From Thraustochytrium aureum (lineage: Eukaryota): DNA of 21,978 nt. Made by a program: the position numbers and the translations under genes. The notes under the pieces are model-generated. The model saw nothing but the letters and a program-made list of their open reading frames with translations, did no database searches and was not told the DNA's origin. Each line of letters opens with the position of its first letter. Within the stretch, counting starts at the first letter, position 1. The DNA lies in contig BLSG01000421.1 of the NCBI GenBank assembly GCA_012862495.1, positions 62,001 to 83,978 of the forward strand, written 5' to 3'. Below are positions 9,401 through 17,375 of this stretch, piece after piece.

Positions 9401-12400
9401 CGAATCCATGCAGATCTTCTTCCGTCCCGTCGTGCGCAAGTACCCGGGCATGCAAGTGCTACTCTTCAACCTCCCGGGCCAGGCCTTTACGGAGTGGCGC
9501 AAGGACGTTGTGCTCAACAACGAGTACTATAGCGGGTGTTTGGACGCTCTCCTCCGGCACGTGGACTACAACAGCAGCAAAGAGTTTGAAACTCGAGGGC
9601 CGTACGCTGCGCCATTCTACTTGATGGGCTTTGGCAATGGGGCCAACGTCGCCTCGCACTTTGCGCTGCGCTACAAGCCGCACAACCTCCGCGCTTTGCT
9701 CTCCCTCAACGGGTTCACTCACATCGACCCGCATCTCGCTGGCGTATTGCATGACTGCATGAACGTCTTTCGCTGCTGCTCGCAGACGCGGCCCGACCTC
9801 CCGGTCTACTTTTACAGCCGCTTCCTCTTCAGCTCGGCCTATCTTACCAAGGTCACGACGCCTCTTGCGCTCAACCTATTGACGGCGGTCCACAATCCAA
9901 TCACGCTGGAAGGTCGTATGCAAATCTGCAAGGGGACTCTAGCCCACCAAGACCTCCGCCCGGTTCTCAACGACATGCACCAACCGCTTATCCTTGTCCA
10001 GAGCTCGCAAGGCGGATTAGTCAAACCGCTTCACGTCGAGCCGTTTGTGCAGCTTCGCGGCGGCGAAGTGCGGTCGATCCGCCAGTGCCTCAAAGAGCGG
10101 CGCCGTCCTTGCGTGATTTGGATGCGTGCTGGGCACGAGCTGTTCCAGGAAACGCGAGGCCCACTTTCCGACCTCATCGAGCAGCTCTGTACAGGCTACC
10201 ACGAGAAGCACGACGTAACTTTCCTTCCCACATCAGATGCGATCGCCAACAGCAACGGGGACGCAGCGGCCGTCCGTGGCCAAGGCCGAGGGCGGCGCTC
10301 TCGCTCCGCGCGCCGCGTCAACACCCACGACCAGTCCGGCAAACATTTCGAGGACAGGTTCATCGACAACGTGCTTGGTACGCTCCAGGACGTTCGCGCT
10401 GAGCATGACGTGGAGCCCAACCCGTTCTTGGATGCGCTCGCTGGCCCAGAGGCGCGCTCTCGGCCCGGCTCGCGCGATTCGGCAAGCTCGGAGCTCGACA
10501 GGCTCAACGAGTCCCGCGACCCGAGCGAGAACCCTCGCGCAGAGCAGGCTCGGTGGGATCACTACAAGGCCGAGACGGGCCAGCTCTCGCGGACGACCCA
10601 TCGTGAAAAACAAGGTGCCTCGCCAGGCGGAAAAGGCAACAAGGGCAAGAAGAAGAACAAGTTTGGCAAGCTCGCCATCGCCGGCCCGGACGGCGAGCCT
10701 CTCATTGCGCCGTCTTTCGACCCTACGAAAAAGGGGTTTGGCCTGGCAAAGCGCATGGGCGCGGCGCGACCTGGTGGAGGCGACAGCAGCGACGAGGAGG
10801 AAGCAAGGCGCCCGAAAGCTGGCGTCCTGCGCCCGGTCGACGTCCCCGAGGTCGCTGAATACATGCAATGGCGCGTCGCACGGAACCGCAAGAGGCTCTC
10901 GAAGCTTGTGCAAGCAGCCAGTGCGATTCAGCGCGCCTGGCGCGCCTTCCTGGCGCGAACCCTGACCAAGAAACTCCGACGCGAGCGAGCTGCTCTATTC
11001 ATTCAAACGAGGTGGCGCGCAAAGCTTGCCCGCGACCGTCTCGAGGAGCGCCGGCAGGAGGAGTGGGCTGCGCGCCTTGTGCAGCGATGCTGGCGCGGCA
11101 AAGCAGGGCGCGACCACTTTTTAGAGCGCCGGGCCCAAGCGCAAGCCGCGACAGCGATGCAACGCATCTTTCGCGGCCGCAAGGGCAAGAAGCGCGTCGC
11201 CTCTATGCAGAAGCGGCGTCGCGACGCTGCGCTCAAGATCCAGAACATGGTGCGCTCGCACATTGCGCGGTCGCTGACGTGGAAGATTCGCGAGAAACGG
11301 AACGCGGCGCTCGACGTCCAGCGCGTGTTTCGCGGTTTCAAGGGGCGCGTTCGAAGCAAGCTAGAGCGCGACAAGTACCTGTTCAGCAAGGCGCAGTCGC
11401 AGGGCATCTCGTTCGGTCGGCAAATGCTGTTGGAGCACAAGCTGCATGGCACGCGGCTCCAGAGCGAGGTCTCGATGCTGACGCGCGAGAAGGTGGAGAC
11501 AGAGGAGAAGGTGGAAGGCCTCCTCTCCGAGATCGCCGAGTTTGACAAGAGCGTCAAACAACTGGAGAAGGAGATGATCGAGCTCACCGCAGTTGAGACC
11601 GAGGCAAAGGGCGTGCTGGACGAGAATGCCAAGATTGAGCTGCGGGAGGCAAAGTTCCGGCTCGACAAAGAGTTTGGCGTGCTCTTGTCCAAAATAGCGG
11701 ACCGCAAGGACCGGCTCAAGGCCCTCGAGAACAAGCTGCAGACCATCGACCGCACGCGCCAGGGCAAAGAGGAGGAGCTGCGCGACCTCGAGCGCAAGCT
11801 CGTAGTGCTCCTTGAGGAGCAGCAGCAAGAGCTGCAGCAAATCAAGACGCGCCAAGAGCGGCGCGGCGAGCTCATGCTCCCAGAAAATGCGGCCACGCTC
11901 GTGGCGGGCGGCGGCGCGCACGGCCAAGGGGCTGGAGGCGGGTACCAGGGGCCCTCGCCTCAGCAGCAGCAGCAGGCGAACAACCTGATGCAGTCAACCG
12001 AGTCGCTGATGAAGTTTGGCTTTATGTCCATGTCTCTGACCTACTTTAGCAGCCTCAACATGATCAAGGCGATGCGCAAGGTCGGCGCGCTCAACACGGT
12101 GCTTAATGGGTCTGCGGGGATGGCGTCTTCTGGCGACATTGCGGGTTTGCTCGGCCAGCAGCAGCCTGGATCCAGCTCAAGGCTTGGCGGAGGCTCTGAG
12201 CAGAGCTTGCTCCCAGACGCGCTGGACTTTAAGCCCAAGCTGCGCGCTGGCGAGATGCCAGACCAGGTTGACCGGCTGAGCGTCGCCGCGTGGACCGTAG
12301 AAGACGTCGGGGACTGGCTCGAGACTCTCAAGCTGCAGCAGTACAGGAGCGCATTTGAGGACGCCGCGATCGACGGCTCGTTTTTGTACGACCTCAATGA

Positions 12401-13163
12401 CGACGACATGCGCAACAGCCTGGGGATCGAGCACAACCTGCATCGCAAGAAGATCCTCAACAGCATCACTCGGCTGCGACGCATGGAGGAGTCCAGAGAG
12501 GCGCAGGCGCTCTCCAACTCGAGCCTCTCCCAAGCGAGCTTGATGAGCATTTCAAACGCCAAGAGCGGCACCCCGGGTTCTGCGGTGGTGACCGGCGGGC
12601 CGTTCATTGGCGGCGCAGACTTTGACTCGCGGGCTGGTCCGAGCTATTCGGCTGGGTCGGCGGCAGCTAGCTCGTTCGCTTCAATCCAAGAGGGCGGGGG
12701 CGCTGGCGGGCCCGGCGCGGCCGCCGGCGATACGGCCGTGGACCACGACAAGCTCGCCACCATGGTCCGACACGGGAAGCTGAAAGAGCTCAAGGCTGCC
12801 CTTGCCCACCTGGCAGACGCGCGGTTTGACGTCGCAGACGAGGTGGGTCGGATCGACGGGTTCGGAACCCAGTATCGCGACGAGCTCAACAGGCTGCAGT
12901 GGCACATCAACAAGTCGGACGAGAACGGCAACACGCTGCTCACCGTGGCGGCGCAGAATGGCCGCCTGAAGTGCGCGCAGATGCTGGTTGCCAAGGGCGC
13001 CAACCCAAACCACAGCAACAATCAGTTGCAGACGGTGCTGCACTATGCGCTCGCATACAACTTTTTCGACATGGCCTCGTGGCTCGCTGACGGCGAGGGC
13101 GGGGGCTGCGACGACACTCTGGAGAATTCGTACGGGCTCTCCCCGTATGACGGGCTTCAGTAG
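6435..13163 (+). CDS. ~2242-aa multidomain signalling/scaffold protein: unknown N-terminal domain, 4-Cys motif, pseudo-receiver (REC), inactive alpha/beta-hydrolase fold, 6 IQ motifs, coiled coil, SAM, ankyrin repeats
   Basis: Uninterrupted 6.7-kb ORF with first ATG at 6435. REC ~8748-9113 (HVLLVEED...FDLLLVG...LPIVAFT...GMDGCVSKP). Hydrolase fold ~9370-10190 (VLLFNLPGQ, LMGFGNGANVA, AGHELFQE). IQ motifs ~10914-11348 (IQRAWR, IQTRWR, VQRCWRG, MQRIFRG, IQNMVRS, VQRVFRG). Coiled coil ~11430-11870. SAM ~12291-12485 (WTVEDVGDWL...LGIEHNLHRKKIL). Ankyrin ~12900-13160 (GNTLLTVAAQNG...GANPN...TVLHYA). Confidence 0.88.
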   Translation: MAQDGVWALNALGAAQGLSRCRVALPDSLVLHANGDPDKWLFTSKTGEVVKKRSASVELLRARFCRTAESADPTHCVAYFRDGRAGLIRTSSIEEPADLADVAAVQCIVASSKGRPRTLYSSRFKSTPEGKTNVAVEASTVTWTPSKGIAVEHGLGRQLGPAVPCGSAPAAKAVEAATAELARFLQESAGAAVRVMTCEFVVDAANVAWLTWVSRVERSAPNLAANESSAALTVDSQSEQHGGGPARRRRTAGRRRPIPDAVAVSPRPTSPSETMAMGVQFTHAEKQLEGDRSPHSASRQPQKGAFAVYNPSEQHHGAGALGLGESANLAWPAPNIPAFEEELAGSTRHRRAGRDGSKRASKVDSSPQGKRDSIGSLPSQQACHGDFCNFAIQEPEPLGDVGAKSSAGGATPATIARALLSGDELQCLDRVGGLAPGFVAKPGLEVEGRLLLPMKSIALARKEKRGYMQLLGAGDELEVDESKLKGYERKKRRPNGPDPAQVLSEERGGVPLGLYYQQVAVCSNCYRVYSTLDRARDLVREEKRSAEQAQSRRRRDGSADAAREQLIQRLCTKRGRPRSRDASASGLEGALASGERVQTPSPIRSARKYMEELPGILPSASMPVVPVVDLQSLEVAKVKEKTSAVAAAIVRASDGAECTREQTQQLKEKHPMMSSFDNLDGYLRGTLKKRYGGGAGTGNKRNRARGRRNWGGKRAGKRGDDRESESKDGEGGGSVGKKALARKSRSGRNQGVGNRGANRKGGDSDGGGYRGHVLLVEEDDDVRDAVITMLAEEEYVVTDFSDAPRALELSRDNHFDLLLVGTELPTFSGVEVAKIIRKREKKLDADLRRLPIVAFTCNTAPEDLRCYKECGMDGCVSKPVDRVSLVNTVRAAIPHHRPSNKVASETLGKPRQVGLAAQPATKGLVTSSDVAKLTLPTPAGKFGADMETLSAGVFQYDADTSFPYAVMGDKVANANLFNFVVVNDLFETYESMQIFFRPVVRKYPGMQVLLFNLPGQAFTEWRKDVVLNNEYYSGCLDALLRHVDYNSSKEFETRGPYAAPFYLMGFGNGANVASHFALRYKPHNLRALLSLNGFTHIDPHLAGVLHDCMNVFRCCSQTRPDLPVYFYSRFLFSSAYLTKVTTPLALNLLTAVHNPITLEGRMQICKGTLAHQDLRPVLNDMHQPLILVQSSQGGLVKPLHVEPFVQLRGGEVRSIRQCLKERRRPCVIWMRAGHELFQETRGPLSDLIEQLCTGYHEKHDVTFLPTSDAIANSNGDAAAVRGQGRGRRSRSARRVNTHDQSGKHFEDRFIDNVLGTLQDVRAEHDVEPNPFLDALAGPEARSRPGSRDSASSELDRLNESRDPSENPRAEQARWDHYKAETGQLSRTTHREKQGASPGGKGNKGKKKNKFGKLAIAGPDGEPLIAPSFDPTKKGFGLAKRMGAARPGGGDSSDEEEARRPKAGVLRPVDVPEVAEYMQWRVARNRKRLSKLVQAASAIQRAWRAFLARTLTKKLRRERAALFIQTRWRAKLARDRLEERRQEEWAARLVQRCWRGKAGRDHFLERRAQAQAATAMQRIFRGRKGKKRVASMQKRRRDAALKIQNMVRSHIARSLTWKIREKRNAALDVQRVFRGFKGRVRSKLERDKYLFSKAQSQGISFGRQMLLEHKLHGTRLQSEVSMLTREKVETEEKVEGLLSEIAEFDKSVKQLEKEMIELTAVETEAKGVLDENAKIELREAKFRLDKEFGVLLSKIADRKDRLKALENKLQTIDRTRQGKEEELRDLERKLVVLLEEQQQELQQIKTRQERRGELMLPENAATLVAGGGAHGQGAGGGYQGPSPQQQQQANNLMQSTESLMKFGFMSMSLTYFSSLNMIKAMRKVGALNTVLNGSAGMASSGDIAGLLGQQQPGSSSRLGGGSEQSLLPDALDFKPKLRAGEMPDQVDRLSVAAWTVEDVGDWLETLKLQQYRSAFEDAAIDGSFLYDLNDDDMRNSLGIEHNLHRKKILNSITRLRRMEESREAQALSNSSLSQASLMSISNAKSGTPGSAVVTGGPFIGGADFDSRAGPSYSAGSAAASSFASIQEGGGAGGPGAAAGDTAVDHDKLATMVRHGKLKELKAALAHLADARFDVADEVGRIDGFGTQYRDELNRLQWHINKSDENGNTLLTVAAQNGRLKCAQMLVAKGANPNHSNNQLQTVLHYALAYNFFDMASWLADGEGGGCDDTLENSYGLSPYDGLQ

Positions 13164-13343
13164 GCAGTTGCCCGCACTCGGCGACCAACGAAGCAAGCTT
13201 TATTTTCTTCTTCGTCCGCTAGTATTGCGCACTGCTCGAAGCTCCTTGAAAGCCAGCCGCGCATGCGTCCCGACCTGGACTTTCGGGTTTGCTCGACCAG
13301 CCGGACGCCGTCCGTTTCGACCGCAGCCCGTTCGTTATGCTTG

Positions 13344-13622
13344 CTACATTTTGAGCTCCTTGCGCAGGTGGCCGATAAAGTCGTCGTCCGCAAGGTCGTC
13401 GTCCCAGTCGTCCTGCCAGTTCTTGTCGTCCTTCTCCGCGTCCTTTGGCGTCCAGTCTGCGCGGGTCCCTTCCTTCCACCGTTAGCGCGGGACAACCAGC
13501 TCTCCGCCGGCCCGCCGCGCTCCACTTACCCTCCGTCTCAAACTCCTCGAACTCGTCGTCCTCCTCGAGCATCTCGAGCAGCTTGGGGGCGCCTTCCGCA
13601 GGCGCCGGGGCCTCGGCCTTTG
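13344..13622 (-). CDS. SEM1: DSS1/SEM1 (26S proteasome lid, BRCA2 and TREX-2 partner); 5' end probably lies in or beyond the N-gap; visible exons 13622-13530 and 13456-13344
   Basis: Spliced translation ...KAEAPAPAEGAPKLLEMLEEDDEFEEFETE-D-WTPKDAEKDDKNWQDDWDDDLADDDFIGHLRKELKM* contains the DSS1 signatures LEEDDEFEEF and W-x-DDWDDD...DDF...LR.EL. Confidence 0.92.
13457..13529 (-). other. 73-nt spliceosomal intron in SEM1 (phase 1)
   Basis: GTAAGT donor, GCTAAC branch point, CAG acceptor. Removal joins the two DSS1 motifs in frame. Confidence 0.9.
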
Positions 13623-13769
13623 NNNNNNNNNNNNNNNNNNNNNNNNNNNNNNNNNNNNNNNNNNNNNNNNNNNNNNNNNNNNNNNNNNNNNNNNNNNNNN
13701 NNNNNNNNNNNNNNNNNNNNNNNNNNNNNNNNNNNNNNNNNNNNNNNNNNNCGCCTCATACCGGCCGAG

Positions 13770-13772
<3 letters not shown>

Positions 13773-13803
<31 letters not shown>

Positions 13804-13826
13804 TGCTGCTGCTGCTGCTGCTGCTG
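13773..13826. repeat. Trinucleotide repeat (CTG)9 CTC (CTG)8
   Basis: Directly visible; reads Q8-E-Q9 in one minus-strand frame. Confidence 0.95.
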
Positions 13827-13940
13827 CGCGAGCTCACTTGCAGGTCCGTGCTCGTGTTCGAGCAGCTGCGAGTTGGCGCGCTGCCTGGGGCAGGCAGTCC
13901 CTGTTCGCTCGAACGCGGCGAGGAAACGGAAGAACCTCAT

Positions 13941-14132
13941 TCGTTGTTCGGGAGGGCGAACGTTGGGATCAGCTCGTTGTTCGGGAGGGCGAACTTTGGG
14001 ATTAGTTCTTTGCTCGGGAAAGCGAACCTTGGGATCAGCTCGTTGTTCGGGAGGGCAACTTTGGGATCAGCTCGTTGTTCGGGAGGGCGAACTTTGGGAT
14101 CAGCTCGTTGTTCGGGAGGGCAACTTTGGGAT
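13941..14132. repeat. Minisatellite, ~6 tandem copies of a 32-33-bp unit TCGTTGTTCGGGAGGGCGAACTTTGGGATCAGC
   Basis: Units start at 13941, 13974, 14007, 14040, 14072 and 14105, head-to-tail with no spacers. Copy 3 is the most diverged; copies 4 and 6 share a 1-nt deletion. Confidence 0.93.
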
Positions 14133-14354
14133 TTTGATGCGGGAACAAAATGAAGCAGGAACAAGAGCAGAGCAGAGTCAGCAGACCCTCATTGGCGCAG
14201 CGCGACGGGCGGATCGGCGGCGCGCAGCGGGCCAGACAGGGCCTGGAGGAGCTGGAGCGGCAGTTCGTTGAGTCACGCAGGCAGGCAAGATCCGCTTTGG
14301 CCCTGTCGGCCGCTGCGCGCGGTCGGCGAGCGGCGCGGAACCGGGCGGCCGAGG

Positions 14355-16849
14355 ATGAAGTTCGACCTGGAGGGGCTCGAGGTGTACTGGCCGTATCCAA
14401 GCATCTACCCAGAGCAGTATGATTACATGCGCGAGCTGAAGCGCGCGTTGGACGCGCGCGGTGGGATCCTGCTCGAGGTAAGTGCGAAGGAGCGAACGAG
14501 GCCGCCGCGCGAAGCTACTTGGCTTGGAACTAACTTGTCGGTTTCGCGAGACAGTCGCCAACAGGAACGGGCAAGACCGCATCGCTGCTCTCGCTAATCA
14601 CCTCGTACCAGTTCGCACACCCAGAGTGCGGGAAACTGATCTACTGCACACGCACCGTGCCCGAGATGACCAAGTGCGTCGAAGAGCTCAAGCGCGTCAT
14701 CGCTCACCGCACCGAGATGCTTGGTGGCGCCGACAAAGCGCCGCCATTCCTCGGGGTGTGCCTCAGCTCCCGGCGCAACATGTGTGTGCACGAAAAGGTG
14801 ATGGAGGCCAGCGACCGCGAGCAGGTCGACTCGCTGTGCCGCAAAAAAATCGCCCCGTGGGTGCGCCAGCGCGCGGGTCGACCAGCCGCACCGCGCCAGG
14901 GCGAAAACGCCAACGCAGACGCGACCGCGGCTGCCGCCGCCGCCGCTGCCGCCGCCGAGCCGCTGGGCGACATCGAAGAGCTCGAGGCCCAGGGGTTGTG
15001 CTCTTACTATGAAAAGTACGTCTCAGCTGGAAGCGACGTGCCGGTAGCGTCGGGGATCTACACGATCGACGACATGCAAGACGTGGGGCGCCAGAACAAC
15101 TGGTGCCCCTACTTTGTGACCCGGCACGTTCTCTCCTTCGCCAACGTTGTGGTCTACAACTACCAATACATGCTGGACCCAAAGGTCTCAGCGATGGTCT
15201 CGAAGGAGATTTCGCGAGACTCGATCGTCGTCTTTGACGAAGCGCACAACATCGACAACGTTTGTATCGAGAGTCTGAGCATCAACTTCAATCGTCGGTC
15301 CCTGGAGTCCGCCTCCGCCAACGTTCGCAAGCTCACAAGCTTGATCGCCCAGGTCAAGGAGACGGATGCAGAGCGCCTCCGGCAAGAGTACGAGCGCCTC
15401 GTGCAGGGGCTAACAGACTCTGGCGTGCTGGGTAATGGCGACGGCGAGCCAGACGTGCTGGCGAATCCGATCCACCTCCCGGAAGACATCCTGAACGAGG
15501 CTGTCCCGGGCAACATTCGCAAGGCGGACCACTTTGTCAAACTGCTCGACCTCGTCGTAAAGCACCTCAAGCAGCGCATGCGCGTGCAAAGCGTGGTCAA
15601 GGAGACCCCTCTGGCCTTTCTGCACGACCTGCAAGACAAGCTCCAGCTCGAGGCCAAGACGCTCCAGTTCAGCTACTCGCGGCTGAACTCGCTGATGCGC
15701 ACGCTCAAGGTGATCGATTTGGAGGAGTTTGTGCCCATCTCGCAGGTTGCTGACTTCCTCACTCTGGTCGCCACCCCAAAGTACAAGGACGGCTTTCTGC
15801 TCGTGATCGAACCGTACGACCAGCGCACTCCGCAGTTCATCGATCCGGTAATCCAGTTTGCTTGCCTCGACGCTTCACTCGCAATCAAGCCCGTGCTGGA
15901 CCGTTTCGCAACTGTGGTCATCACGAGTGGGACGCTCTCGCCAATCGACCTCTATCCGAAGCTTCTCAACTTCAAACCCGTTGTGTCGCGGTCCCTCTCG
16001 ATGAGTATCATCCGGCCCTCGATTTGCCCGATGGTCGTCACGCGCGGCAGCGACCAGACGCCGATCACGTCTGCCTTTTCTGCGCGCGGGGACAAGTCGG
16101 TGATTATCAACTATGGCGCGCTTCTGATCGAGGTGGCCAAGGCCGTCCCGGACGGCGTGGTCTGCTTTTTCACTAGCTACGAGTACATGGAGAACGTCGT
16201 CAGCGAGTGGTACCGGCTACAGATCCTCAACCGCATCCTGGACCACAAGTTGCTCTTCATCGAGACCAAGGACATCGTCGAGACCACTCTCGCGCTGGAC
16301 AACTACCGCCGCGCCTGCGACTGCGGCCGCGGCGCCATATTTCTCTCCGTGGCGCGCGGCAAGGTTTCAGAGGGGATTGATTTCGACCGCCACTACGGCC
16401 GCTGTGTGATCCTGTTCGGCATACCGTTCCAGTACACAAAGTCGCACATCCTGCTCGCGCGCCTGGAGTACCTCCGCCTCAAGTTCCAGATCCGCGAGGA
16501 CGAGTTCCTCGCCTTTGACGCCCTGCGCCAGGCAGCACAGTGCATAGGCCGCGTTATCCGCAGCAAGACGGACTACGGCCTCATGATCTTTGCCGACAAA
16601 CGGTACAACAATGCCAACAAGCGCAGCAAGTTACCGCCGTGGGTCACCCAGTTCCTCAAGGACACCAACCTCAACCTCTCCACCGAGGAGGCTGTCACTG
16701 TATGCCGCGAGTTCCTCAGGGAGATGGCGCAACCACCGCCAGAGGACTCTGCTGTCACCACGATGCTCAAGCAGGAGGACCTCGACCGCATGGCTGTGCG
16801 CCGCGCCGCAAATGGGTCGACCGAGTCCATGGATCTCGGCGCCGCGTGA
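14355..16849 (+). CDS. ERCC2: TFIIH Fe-S DNA helicase XPD/Rad3 (exons 14355-14477 and 14555-16849; 805 aa)
   Basis: [36 protein letters not shown]...LE splices to SPTGTGKT (Walker A). Also [11 protein letters not shown], four Fe-S cysteines (RRNMCVH, SLCRK, LCSYYE, WCPYF), [29 protein letters not shown] and [22 protein letters not shown]. Confidence 0.96.
14478..14554 (+). other. 77-nt spliceosomal intron in XPD (phase 0)
   Basis: GTAAGT donor, ACTAAC branch point at 14529-14534, CAG acceptor at 14552-14554. Removal restores [11 protein letters not shown]. Confidence 0.92.
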
Positions 16850-17301
16850 CGGCGCACAGCGCAAGGCCTCGGCTTGGCTCCAGCGCGCCGACCTCAGCCT
16901 GCGAAGGCGACCACAAGCGTCAAGCCAAACCAAACCACTCACCATCGTTGCCTTGACGCTAGCCTAGTCCGAGCGACGTTGAATTCCTGCCGCTGCCCCA
17001 AATTCAGCAGGTGGAAAGCGCCTCGCGCGTAATGATAATGCGAGCCAAGTCGAGTACATCCGGTGCCTGTACCTATTCAACATCGTCAACCATGAGCGGG
17101 CGGACGTTGAGGTCTCGCGGGCTGCCCAAGCGCCATCACGGAACAGCGTCCCCGTTTCGGAACGTCCGCATCGGCAGCCGGAACAAGCGGATCGATGGAC
17201 CGGTCCCTAGCATGGTTAACCTCGCCCGTGCGGCGCCGCGGCGATTCGCGAAGTTGAATAAAAACCACGCCAACGTGCAGATAATGTGACGCTCGCCGCC
17301 A

Positions 17302-17375
17302 GGCCTTCCTGCCTTTCGTGATTCAATTCACTGGTGGTTTGGGCGCGCTCGCCAGCGGCTTGGGCCTTCGCAGCC
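17302..17375 (+). repeat. Dispersed repeat, copy 2
   Basis: ggccttcctgcctttcgtgattca matches 5675-5698 with one mismatch and is followed by weaker similarity. Confidence 0.6.

Noticed and set aside
6668..13196. Long antisense ORFs such as 6668..7888, 8664..9455 and 11003..11896
   Set aside because: Shadow frames of a GC-rich coding sequence, with no independent protein features.
13941..14132. CRISPR array (repeat length 32-33 bp)
   Set aside because: Units are contiguous with no unique spacers, there are no cas genes, and the context is eukaryotic with spliceosomal introns.
14150..14422. 90-aa ORF overlapping the XPD start (possible uORF or small coiled-coil protein)
   Set aside because: No recognisable motifs, short ORFs are expected at this GC content, and there is no evidence it lies within the transcript.
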